Source of the DNA: Octopus sinensis
Taxonomy: Eukaryota
Reading direction: 5' to 3'
NCBI RefSeq assembly: GCF_006345805.1
Contig: NW_021834555.1
Coordinates: forward strand, 1-50,290
Length of the DNA stretch: 50,290 bases
Positions 37,546-48,185 of the stretch are shown here, piece by piece. Each line of letters starts with the position of its first letter. The first letter of the stretch is position 1. The notes under the pieces were generated by a model. That model was given only the letters and a program-made list of their open reading frames with translations, made no database searches and had not been told where the DNA came from. Made by a program: the position numbers and the translations under genes.

Positions 37546-37679
37546 TATATATATATAATATATATATGTATATACATATATATATATATATATGATATAT
37601 GTATGTGCATGTATATGCATCTATTATGCACTAATATATTCTTATATATTATATATATATACACACACACCACACACAT

Positions 37680-37710
<31 letters not shown>

Positions 37711-37711
37711 C

Positions 37712-37743
<32 letters not shown>

Positions 37744-38156
37744 TATTATTAAATATCCTGATATTATTTATGGCATCTATTATATTGTATTGCCGGCAAT
37801 GACTTTATTATGTAGGTTAGCATTCATTGAAGGTTTGTTTGTACTGACACAGTGTTACAACACATCTCAGCATTCACAAACACCCAAGCATACACCCACG
37901 CAACCATACTAAGACCCAAACATACGTTTCTCTAGCTACACGTGTACATTGTCACACAGTCACATAGCTACACTTATACGTCTGTACAGTTACTGAACTA
38001 CATACATCTACAGCCCACACTGTTGCGCATCCAAACATCTCCACAACTACACAACCATACAATCACACACACACATACACACACCTGCAAGGACTCACCT
38101 CCCTCGCTGTACAAATGACAATACTGTTACCCAGTGACATGTGTATACATCCATAT

Positions 38157-38372
38157 ACCTATTTCTTTACTACCCACAAGGGGCTAAAGACAGAGGACAA
38201 ACAAGGACAGACATTGACTCCAGTGCGTAACTGGTACTTAATTTATCGACCCCGAAAGGATGAAAGGCAAAGTCGACCTCGGCGGAATTTGAACTCAGAA
38301 CGTAACGGCAGACGAAATACCGCTAAGCATTTCGCCCGGCGTGCTAACGGTTCTGTCAGTTCGCCGCCTTTC
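38157..38372 (-). mobile_element. OK-like SINE, full length and little diverged
   Basis: Reverse complement runs from 'ggcggcgaactgacagaaccgttagcacgccgggcgaaatgc' to the tail 'ccccttgtgggtagtaaagaaata'. Confidence 0.9.
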
Positions 38373-38490
38373 TGTCAACGCATCCAGTTACGGTGTTACG
38401 CTAGCATACCAGTGCATATATATACACACAGACACAGGGACACACACTCACACACACGCACACACACACACATACACGCACGCGCACGCA

Positions 38491-38532
<42 letters not shown>

Positions 38533-38734
38533 ACAAACACACGATATGGAGCCGCATAGAAATACAATTAGAAACTTACTCAAAAGAACAAAGAAAAACA
38601 AAAACTCCACAGAAATATACCTAAAAACATACAAAAACTCACGAAACCGCACAAGAACAAACTCAGGCTTTCATGCTTACAAAGAGAACTTCTTAAATAT
38701 TTGGCTCTGAATTTGAAGATAATTTTAATACTTC

Positions 38735-38945
38735 AGTGCCTTATTATTTAACACACTCACCGGTAAAATTTCCACTAATTTCTTATTTTTATTTTCTAAA
38801 ATTTTCGTTGCGTCTTGCAACCTTTTTAATAGTTTTGACTAATGAAAAGGTTGAAAAGGTTGCAAGACGCAACGAAAATTTTAGAAAATAAAAATAAGAA
38901 ATAAGTGGAAATTTTACCGGTGAGTGTGTTAAATAATAAGGCACT
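38735..38945. repeat. Near-perfect palindrome: 92-bp arms with a 27-bp spacer
   Basis: 38735-38826 vs 38854-38945 are complementary except for one mismatch. Confidence 0.95.
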
Positions 38946-39114
38946 AAAAGAGAATGACTCTCCCCAGACACAACAGAATATGCTTCAACACACGAACTCA
39001 TATAAAGAATCTTGCAAACCAAATCCAAAAACGAAATTTAATATTTCAATAAAACCCAAAATATACACTGACGAAAAATTGGAGCATTACGGTTTCAATC
39101 CATTGTAATTCGTA

Positions 39115-39206
<92 letters not shown>

Positions 39207-40063
39207 AGGGAAAGAGAGTAAGGGAGAGAGAGACAGAGAGTGAGAGAGGGGAATGTCCATAACAGAATTATAGACTCTTATACTGTAACTGATTCTACTG
39301 CTTATAACCGGTCACGAACTGACGACCAGTTGGCCGATAAGTCGATGCTAGGTCCAGCTGGCCGTTGATCCTTGTTATGTTAGAAGCCTCCAGAGGGAGC
39401 CTGTTCAGAAGTTAGACAACGTCGCCCTTTGCAATTATTAAAATCCAAGAGACTATTTATCAGTATGTATGAGTGTATATATGTGTATATGTACGTATGT
39501 ATGCGTCTGCTATGTTTTTTGCTTTTGTTTTAATTATTTGGGTTCTTGTAAGAAGGAAGTGCCAAAAAATTCATCATAACAATTTGAAGAACAATAATAT
39601 AAATGTTCGATGTCGAACTTTAGAAAAGTCTTGCATATTTTACTGTTCCTCTTACAAATTCTATCTGTAAATTGTGTGACAGTTGGTCACTTTCTTCGCC
39701 TGAAACTCCCAGTTTTTCGAGTTTAACCCTTCTATATCTATTAATGTTGTTCCCTTATAATTATAGCCATAAATGCGATTTTCTGATCTGGGTAGAGAAA
39801 CCGTAGGTTTCCTCAGAGTGATTCGGAAATGTTTTGTCTCCCTAATTTTGATCGGAATATTCACCTCCGGGTGATTCACGGGGTTTATACCCTTCCACAA
39901 AAGTTCATTGTAATTTTTTTTTCTGTCTCAATGAACTAAATCAGGCGCGGCATCTTTGCACCTCATGGTAATACTTCATCAGTATTCTTTGTCTTTGTAC
40001 ATATGAGTTCAATAAAGCAAATGTTTTCGATATACATGTATGTATGTATATTTGTACATGTGT

Positions 40064-40134
<71 letters not shown>

Positions 40135-40613
40135 CTGTGTGTCTGTGTGCACATATTATCAATACATTTGGTTTCAGTAAGAAGTGAAAAACAAGGTCCC
40201 TTGATACTTCAAACTCAGATCCTTCAGCAGAGTTGCCATCTTTAGATTTATTGTATTTAAGCAGAATCCTAACCTACTATACTCAAACGTTCACACTCAA
40301 AGAAATTACGGTATTCAGTGCACGAGACACTTCAGTCTCTATTCCTTAAAAACGTGCAAAAAACTTAAGATATTGACGATAGATTCTAGACTTTCCATAG
40401 ATTATCTTATTCAGCGCATTTCAATAGAGAATATAAATATTATGTTTATAAACCAAACAGTAGCATAAACCAAACAGTTTGCAGTAATTCACACTCTCAA
40501 CTACGTATCTTTTTATCTTGAAGGGATCTGGTAATGTTGAAGTGATTTAGATACAAATCTTTATTGTTATAAAGAATATTAAATGCTAATCAAATGTTTC
40601 TGTTATGTTTCAG

Positions 40614-40726
40614 ATAACTGGAAACTGATTCTGTTTATTGTACTTCCGGTGTGTTTGGCTGTTGTGGCGTTTATTGTGGTCGCCATTTTGGTGCGGTGTC
40701 TTCGAAGACGGAAAGCAGCAAAACAG
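40614..40726 (+). CDS. Transmembrane exon of a single-pass membrane protein ((D)NWKLILFIVLPVCLAVVAFIVVAILVRCLRRRKAAKQ)
   Basis: Branch-like ctaat at 40586, acceptor 'tttctgttatgtttcag', a phase-1 start, a 23-residue hydrophobic run and an RCLRRRK stop-transfer signal. Donor either CAG|gtcgac (40726) or TT|gtatgt (40743). Confidence 0.55.
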
Positions 40727-40743
40727 GTCGACAAATTTTTGTT

Positions 40744-41195
40744 GTATGTATGTATGTATGTATGTATGTATGTATGTATGTATGTATGTATGTATGTATG
40801 TATGTATGTATGTATGTATGTATGTATTTATGTATGCATGCATGTATGTATGCGTGTATGTATGTATGTATGCATGTATGTATGTATGCATGCATGTATG
40901 TATGTATGTATATATGTATGTATGTATGCGTGTATGTATGTATGCGCGTATGTGCGTGTGTATGTATGAATGCATGTATGCGTGTATGTGCGAGTGTATG
41001 TATGAATGTATATATGTATTTATGTATGTGTGTGTGTTTGTGTGTATCTATGTTTATGTATGTGTATGTGAATATGTGTGTATGTATGTGTGTATGCATG
41101 TATGCATGATTGTATGTATGTATTTATGTATGTGTGTATATGTACGAACGTACATATGTTTGTATGTATGTACGTATGTATGTATGCATGCATGC
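40744..41195. repeat. (TATG)n compound microsatellite
   Basis: Direct inspection. Other large tracts: (TATC)n 1108-1180, 17620-17690, 41575-41880; (TA)n 29113-29282, 31918-32245, 48657-48790; (GA)n 7382-7458, 39133-39205; (AAT)n 21579-21680; (CAT)n 34448-34507; (CATA)n 46410-46493. Confidence 0.95.
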
Positions 41196-41618
41196 AAAAA
41201 TGATTAACTGCTAAGATTAATTGAACAGAACTAATTACTGTTTTACAGTATATTTTATAGAAATAAACACCGTATCTTAAAGGTTTTCTAGAGTAATTCG
41301 GTGATTACTTTCACGTGTGGCGTAAATTATACTGTCTGAGCCAACAAGGGTCCTCTGTCTATTGGGGCTAATTAAACTGATTTAATTATCGTATTGTGGT
41401 ATATTTTATTAACATAAAAGGTAGTATATGTTGTAGTATATGTATGCATTGAATGTTACTTCCGTTTTGTACCGGAAGTTAAGTACCTTCACACGTACAT
41501 ATTCGAGTACTCAAGAATATTGACACACACGCACACACACACACACAACGCATGTATGCATATGTATCTCTCTCTCTATCTATCTGTCTGTCTGTCTGTC
41601 TGTTTGTCTGTATGCCTG

Positions 41619-41657
<39 letters not shown>

Positions 41658-41683
41658 GTCTGTCTGTCAGTCTGTCTGTCTGC

Positions 41684-41733
<50 letters not shown>

Positions 41734-41755
41734 GTCTGTCTGTCAGTCTGTCTGC

Positions 41756-41828
<73 letters not shown>

Positions 41829-41894
41829 CATTTATCTGTCTACCTACCTTTCTATCTATCTATCTATCTGTCTGTCTATCTACCTGTGTAACAG

Positions 41895-41946
41895 ATAAGA
41901 GATGGTAATTTTGGAAGTATACGTTTGATAATATGGTTAATAACAG
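41895..41946 (+). CDS. Weak candidate exon ([17 protein letters not shown])
   Basis: Acceptor 'cctgtgtaacag', strong donor 'ACAG|gtaaga'; phase 0 to 1 is compatible with the TM exon ending at 40726. Confidence 0.2.
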
Positions 41947-42214
41947 GTAAGATAAGATGCATGCAATATCGTACACTCATAATTAAGCTTTTTAATCAAA
42001 TTTCTTGCTGCTTTTACCAAAAAAGAATATTAAGTTTCAAATGAAAAATATTCAATATTCTTTCATTGCCTCCTGCTGCTGTGCTGCTGCTGCTGCTGCT
42101 GCTGCTGCTCTGCTGCTGCTGCTGCCTCCTCCTCCTCCTCCTCTCCTCCTCCTCCCCTTCTCCTCTTCTGTCCACGATTCTTTCTCTAATAGTGTGTGTG
42201 TGTTTGTTTGTCTC

Positions 42215-42398
42215 CTCCTCACCACCGTTTGACAATTGGTAAAGGTGTGTTTAAGTCCCTGTAAACTAGCAGTTCGACAAAAGAGAACGATAGAATCAGT
42301 ACTAGGCTTAAAAATTAAGTCTTGGAGTCGATTTGTTCGACGAAAACCTTCAAGGCGATGCTCCAGCATGGTCGTAGTCCAAGCACTGAAACAAAAGA
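42215..42398 (+). mobile_element. CORE-type SINE, 3' half only
   Basis: From 'caccaccgtttgacaattggt' to 'gcactgaaacaaaagataaaaga'. Confidence 0.75.
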
Positions 42399-42474
42399 TA
42401 AAAGATATTAGAGCAAGCGCGCGTGCGTGTGTGTTTGTGGCTGGGTGTCAAATCATACAGACTTGTGTCACATA

Positions 42475-42786
42475 CGAGGTCTGATCAATAAGTATCCACA
42501 CTGTTGCTATAGTAACGAAGTTAGAGCACAAAGAATCTGCAACTGTGCGTTGGCCTCTGAGCAGGCGTAGCCATTGCAACTTTCTCTGTTTTGGTCAAGG
42601 CGAGGATCACACGCTACACACCTTCCTTCCAAGCACTGCTGTAAACAGCGGAGGTGGACTAGAACGTTAAAACTTAGTGCGCATGCACAACTGAGCTCAA
42701 GGTCAGTCTGTGCCAAGTGGTTTCACTCCGCGTGCTTTGGCTTCGTAACCATGGCAACAGTCCGGATACTTATTGATCAGACCACC
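42475..42786. mobile_element. 312-bp mariner-type MITE with TA TSD
   Basis: ~46-bp TIRs: CGAGGTCTGATCAATAAGTATCCACACTGTTGCTATAGTAACGAAG vs CTTCGTAACCATGGCAACAGTCCGGATACTTATTGATCAGACCACC. TA at 42473-42474 and 42787-42788. Confidence 0.85.
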
Positions 42787-43196
42787 TATACTACCAACGA
42801 AATTTTTTGGTGATAACAAAATGCCTTCAAAAAAAAAAAAAAAAAGAAAAGCGAGAAATCTGTTAAGAAAAGGAAATATTTTTTGAAGAGAAAGTAATGA
42901 CATCTGAGACTAAAACTTTCTTCGGAAACATTCCATTGTTATTAATATTTAAAATAAGGCCAGATGTAGACGACATATTTCTTACTTCTTTCTGTTTTTT
43001 TTTTACGTCCAGGGTTTTGTCTATTTTTTTTCTATCGTAGTAGATTAATGATTAGGAATGGTATGTCAATTTGATCAACTAGATGGAGTTTATATATTAC
43101 GTGCGTACATTTATACATACATACATACATGCATACATACATACATGCATACATGCATACATACATAAATGCATACGTATGTATTTAATTCTTTTA

Positions 43197-43378
43197 TTTT
43201 TTTACTCTTTTACTTGTTTCTGTCATTTGACTGCGACCATGCACAAATCGACCCCAGGACTTATTCTTTGTAAGCCTAGTATTTATTCTATTACTCTCAT
43301 TTGTCGAACCGCTAGATTACGGGAATGTAAACTCACAAAAATCGGTTGTCAAGCGATGGTGGGGGGACAAACACAGAC
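43197..43378 (-). mobile_element. CORE-type SINE, 3' half only
   Basis: From 'cttttacttgtttctgtcatttgactgcg' to 'gatggtggggggacaaacac'. Confidence 0.8.
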
Positions 43379-43436
43379 ATACAAATACATACATATATAC
43401 ATAAATACATACATAAATTTACCCCCACACACATAT

Positions 43437-43722
43437 AGTGGAGGCACATGGCCTAGTGGTTAGAGTAGCAGACTTGCGGTCGAGAGATCGCGGGTTCGAA
43501 TCTCCGACCGGGCGATGTGTGTGTTTATGAGCAAAACACATAAGCTCTACGCGGCTCCAGCGGAAGGTAATGGCGAACTTCTGGTGACTCTTTCGCCCCC
43601 ATTTCCCCTCACTCTGTCCTCCTGTATCTAGCAGCTCACCTGCGACGTACTGAAACCGCCTATGAAACCGGGATATCGGCCCTTATGAGCCAGGTATGGC
43701 TCGAGAAGGAACGAACAACAAC
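43437..43722 (+). mobile_element. tRNA-derived SINE related to 8587-8897
   Basis: Head 'ggaggcacatggcctagtggttagagtagcagacttgcgg...gggttcgaatctcc' with a different 3' body and a (CAA)/(TA) tail. Confidence 0.75.
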
Positions 43723-43796
43723 AATATATATATATATATAAGTTAAATTTAGATTCAGAAGGGTATTTAAATACTACTTGCTATATATATATATAC

Positions 43797-43843
<47 letters not shown>

Positions 43844-43871
43844 GAAAATACGAAGGCAACATACATACATA

Positions 43872-44020
43872 CGATGTGCCTCTTTCAGTTTCCGCCTACC
43901 AAATCCACTCACAAGGTTTTGGTTGCCCCGAGGCTATAGTAGAAGATACTTGCTCAAGGTACCACGCAGTAGGACTGAACTAGGAACCATGTGATTGGGA
44001 AGCAAGTTTCTTACCACACA

Positions 44021-44069
<49 letters not shown>

Positions 44070-44232
44070 TATATATATGACGGCTTTACAGTTTCTGTTT
44101 ACCAAATCCACACACAAGGCTTTGGTTGGCTCGAGGCTATAGTAGAAGACACTTGCCCAAAGTGCCATGCAGTGGGACTGAACCTGGAACCATGTGGTTG
44201 GTAAGCAAGCTCCTTGCTACACAACCACGCCA
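43872..44232 (-). mobile_element. Two tandem 5' halves of the CORE-type SINE
   Basis: 43872-44015 and 44078-44232 both contain head plus CORE and are separated by (CA)n. A degraded plus-strand 5' half lies at ~44385-44515. Confidence 0.85.
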
Positions 44233-44300
44233 TAATGTTTTGCAAGTTTCCTACAGAAAACTACCTTGATCAGGCTCAGATTAGAATACTTAGACACACA

Positions 44301-44362
<62 letters not shown>

Positions 44363-45042
44363 GTACATGCAGCACGCGCACACGTCACGTTGCTTCAAGT
44401 AAACGTAGTTCCGCGTCGACCCCATTGGTTGACCTCTCTGAGCAAGTGTTTTCTAGCGTAGCACCGGGTCTTTTTAGTGGAATTCGATAGACGGCAACTG
44501 TGCGAAGACATGCTATGTGTATGGGTATGAACATTTGTGTGTGTTTGTGTGTGTGTAAAACTATTTAGAAAGGTGTCTTCCTCTGTATTTCATTTGGTTC
44601 CCCTAAAACACTGGTTCTTAACATAAGCAGTAACGCCTTGGGGCTATTCTGAGACCACAAAGGGGCAGAAAATGTCAAAACAGCACTATAGGTGGCGCTG
44701 GTTGTTTAGAGCGGCCCTTATTTTACTTACAAATAAAATAATCTTAATGAAGTCTAATATTTATATTTTGAACACATTCTCAAAAAATTCTTTGTGCGAT
44801 CTAAAATTGAGTCCGACATCTTGTTATCTGTAAGTAGAAACATGAACACATGATGTGTCAAAGTTCAGCATAAAGATTTTATCCAAGTTTTCACCTTCTT
44901 TAGTAATTGTCACAGAAATTTAACACGGGGGTGTAGAAGTCACGTAAATATCAAAATAGAGGCACATGCTAGATGGTGTAAAGAAACCAGTGTGATTAAA
45001 ATAATCTGCGGTTTTTTCCCTCCTCCTTTTTGCCAAATCTAG

Positions 45043-45115
45043 GCGCCATTCACAAATCGCCATTCGGTGAAAGGAGCTCTTATCTACAAAAGATTTTGAA
45101 CTACTTTTCTAAATC
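45043..45115 (+). CDS. Candidate 73-nt exon (GAIHKSPFGERSSYLQKILNYFSK)
   Basis: Long pyrimidine tract plus 'tctag' acceptor, donor 'AATC|gtaagg'; open only in phase 1. Confidence 0.25.
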
Positions 45116-45289
45116 GTAAGGTTGTTATAGTCACGGTGACTACCTGCATAGAAACTCCTTTTTAGTTGGTCTTAGGTTCTCATAGAACCATTTACAAAGC
45201 TCTTTTTACTGGGTTATCAAATCCCTTCGTATTCTTTCAATTTCTTTTATTAGCTTCATCCATTAGAGTGTTGCCTGTTGGGACACCGC

Positions 45290-45681
45290 CTTCATGCATT
45301 TATTCGAACAAATTGACCCCACTACGTGGTTTTCAAACCTGGTACTTACTCCATCGATCTCTTTTTGCGGTTGTCAAGCAGTGTTGTGCGACAAGCACTA
45401 GCACACACAAACACACCTAACTATCTGTCTCTATGTATATATATATATATATATATATTATAATATATATATATATATATATAGTATATATATATGTATA
45501 TAATTTATTAATATTTAGCAGAATAACAGAGTGACTCAGGTCCAAGATTTTTGTGCGTTGGTGTTGGCAAAATGCCAATGCACGAAACTCTTGGACCTTG
45601 AGTCCTCTGTTACTTCTGCTAAATATTAATAAAAATATACATATACACCATATTTTGAAGACTATTTTTCCTGTTTGCATC

Positions 45682-45713
<32 letters not shown>

Positions 45714-45875
45714 AGATGGGCTTCTTTCAGTTTCTGTCCAATAAATCCACTCAGGACGCTTCGGTCGTCCTAAGGCTATTTGTAGCAGACACTTGCCCAC
45801 GGTGCTACACAGTGGGACTGAACCCGGAACCATGTGGTTAGGAAGCAAACTTCTGACTACACAGCCACGTCTGCG
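45290..45875 (-). mobile_element. CORE-type SINE interrupted within its internal (TA)n
   Basis: 3' part at 45290-45420, 5' part at 45715-45875, with a non-SINE insert at ~45500-45690. Confidence 0.75.
45504..45633. repeat. 130-nt fold-back hairpin (MITE-like or hairpin RNA)
   Basis: Arms pair almost continuously from tttattaatatttagcagaa / ttctgctaaatattaataaa to TTGGCA-AAA-TGCCAA. Confidence 0.85.
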
Positions 45876-47169
45876 TCTATATATATAATTAGTTCTAACA
45901 TCTAGAGTTGTTATAACCTCTATGCGTTGTAACTGCCCTGGAATTATTTACGTAGATAGCCACTATGTTTCATAACCACTATACAACCACCTATATAAAT
46001 AACTCGAACTATATCTAATTACTTCTTCGATCACCTTAGGTTATCATAGATACTAACTACAACACAGCTTTCCTCCAAAATCTAACGTTTTTCATCTTCT
46101 TGCCGTTTATCTTTGTCGGTAATTTTATCATTGATTGCCCTTTCAACGTTTTGTATTCAATCTTATGTTTATATTAGTGAATACAGTTGTTAAATATAGA
46201 CAGAAGAAGCAGCCAGACTTCATCAACAGTTCCAAAAAAGCATATCTAACGATGTCTGAGTAAATAAACATAACATTTTTACAAACACATTAATGTCAGA
46301 CATATTACCAAATGATTAACTGTTCAAAACTGTTTCAGGCCACCTGATAAGTTGTCTACAGTGTGCTTGCTTGTGGCCGCATGTGTATCTAGGTATCTAT
46401 GTATCTATCTATACATACATACATACATACATACATACATACATACATACATACATACATACATACATACATACATACATACATACATACATACTTATGT
46501 ATGTGTGTGTGTATATATATCTATATCTATATCTATATCATCTATCTATCTATCTATCTCTATCTATCTCTCTATCTCTATCTATCTCTATCTATCTTCT
46601 CTCCCTCTCGCTCTCTTATATCTATCTATATATATATATATATATATATGCATAGATAAATAAATGTATACATATATATATATATATATATAAATATGGA
46701 AAATATATATAATATATATATACATATATTATATAATACATACATACATATATATATATGTATGTATATATGTATGTATGTATGTATGTTTGTATGTATG
46801 TATGTATATATACTGTCAATTCAATGAACAAACACACATGAGATGTGAAAGTGATTACATAGCAACATAAAATTAAGTGTTTTGCTCACGGACGCAACGC
46901 ACCACCCAGTCTAGGAATCGAAACCAATATCTTGCAATCGTGAGTGTAATTTTTTAACCCCTATATATTTAGGTTTGGTGGTAACAAACGAGACAAATAC
47001 AACTCAAAAACTTTCAAGAATAAATTTATGTTTCTTTTATATTTAAATGTGAATTTAACATAAGAAGCTCTTGAAGTCTGAGCCATCGAGACACTTATTT
47101 AACCCTACAACTAAATAAAATGAGGGATATATATACATATGTTTTAATTTAATTAAATTCTATGTATTT

Positions 47170-47257
47170 ATGCAGCTGAGGATTGCTCTGCATTTAAATT
47201 GATGTAATGGTTGCATTGTTCAATTGAATGGAGTTGCTTGAAACGATCGTACTGCAT
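47170..47257 (+). ncRNA. Type I hammerhead ribozyme motif with a long stem II and minimal palindromic stem III
   Basis: ATGCAG-CTGAGGA-[imperfect ~55-nt hairpin]-GAAAC GATC GTA-CTGCAT: 6-bp stem I, core C3-A9 and G12-A14 intact, GUA cleavage triplet at 47249-47251. Confidence 0.65.
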
Positions 47258-47295
47258 TTCCTCTAGGTATCCTTGTTGCTTATTTTGATATATAT

Positions 47296-47327
<32 letters not shown>

Positions 47328-47501
47328 GTGGATAAAGGAAACGGAAGATGGATTTAGTACGACGGTCGTTTTGACGACCCATCCTGTATCTGCCCTATAC
47401 ACACACACACACACACACTCACACACACACATGTTAAATAAAATAAAATAACAAAGCCAAGGCAACGTGATATTTCTAGGACGTTTATAAATAGATAGGT
47501 G

Positions 47502-47549
47502 GTCTTACAGCTGTTTCAGGGAAATAGATGATTTCCCATCATCAGAGAC
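47502..47549 (-). ncRNA. Type I minimal hammerhead ribozyme motif
   Basis: Minus strand GTCT-CTGATGA-T-GGGAAAT CATCT ATTTCCC-T-GAAAC AGCT GTA-AGAC: 4-bp stem I, 7-bp stem II, palindromic ACAGCTGT stem III and a GUA triplet. Confidence 0.75.
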
Positions 47550-47734
47550 GAGTGAATTATCACATTCCCTTGGTCTTGTTATCTTATTTTATTTAACATA
47601 TATACGCTCACACACGACCTGCCTTAGACTCTTCACTTATGCTGTTATCGAGCCGGGAGCCTAACAGCGGTCCTTTGGTAGCACTTTCAGTCTTACCCGC
47701 CTTTTGGGTCTTCTGGATACCGGAACCTCTCATA

Positions 47735-47789
<55 letters not shown>

Positions 47790-48071
47790 CTGTTCTGTTA
47801 TGTAGGATCAAATCAAAACAAATAAGTACTCCATCTTGCGAGAGATAAATATCATTTAATGTACACAATGTGTGTACAGACATCGTTTGCTTAGAACACG
47901 AGGATTGTTTGGAGATACAAGGCGTGTTATAAAAACATGCCTAGACACGTGCCTTGACAGCAAGAAACTATTAGTAAGTCGTATCTTTATACTTAAATGA
48001 TAAATAATGTATACGCGCGCGCACGTGTGTGTGTGTGTGGGTACATGTATGTATGCGTGTATGTGTACATA

Positions 48072-48114
<43 letters not shown>

Positions 48115-48118
48115 TCAG

Positions 48119-48185
48119 AAAGAGGCAATAAATTAAAAGGAAGAAATTATGAAGTAAACAATTATGAAGGCGAAGTAAAACAGCG
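48119..48185 (+). CDS. Weak candidate exon (ERGNKLKGRNYEVNNYEGEVKQR)
   Basis: Purine-rich and open in phase 1, donor 'AGCG|gtaaat'. The acceptor is weak because it follows (TA)n. Confidence 0.15.

Noticed and set aside
5224-40490. Short tandem duplications (tttagcaag x2 at 5224, cttagattaacc x2 at 10812, tcaataaattc x2 at 36428, taaaccaaacag x2 at 40449)
   Set aside because: Ordinary slippage products with no further structure.
41895-41925. IRDGNFGSI resembling a kinase glycine loop
   Set aside because: The first Gly of GxGxxG is missing and no VAVK or later kinase exons are visible.
44731-44830. Minus-strand segment with a strong acceptor and a gtaagt donor
   Set aside because: Stops in all three frames; at best a terminal or non-coding exon with no other support.
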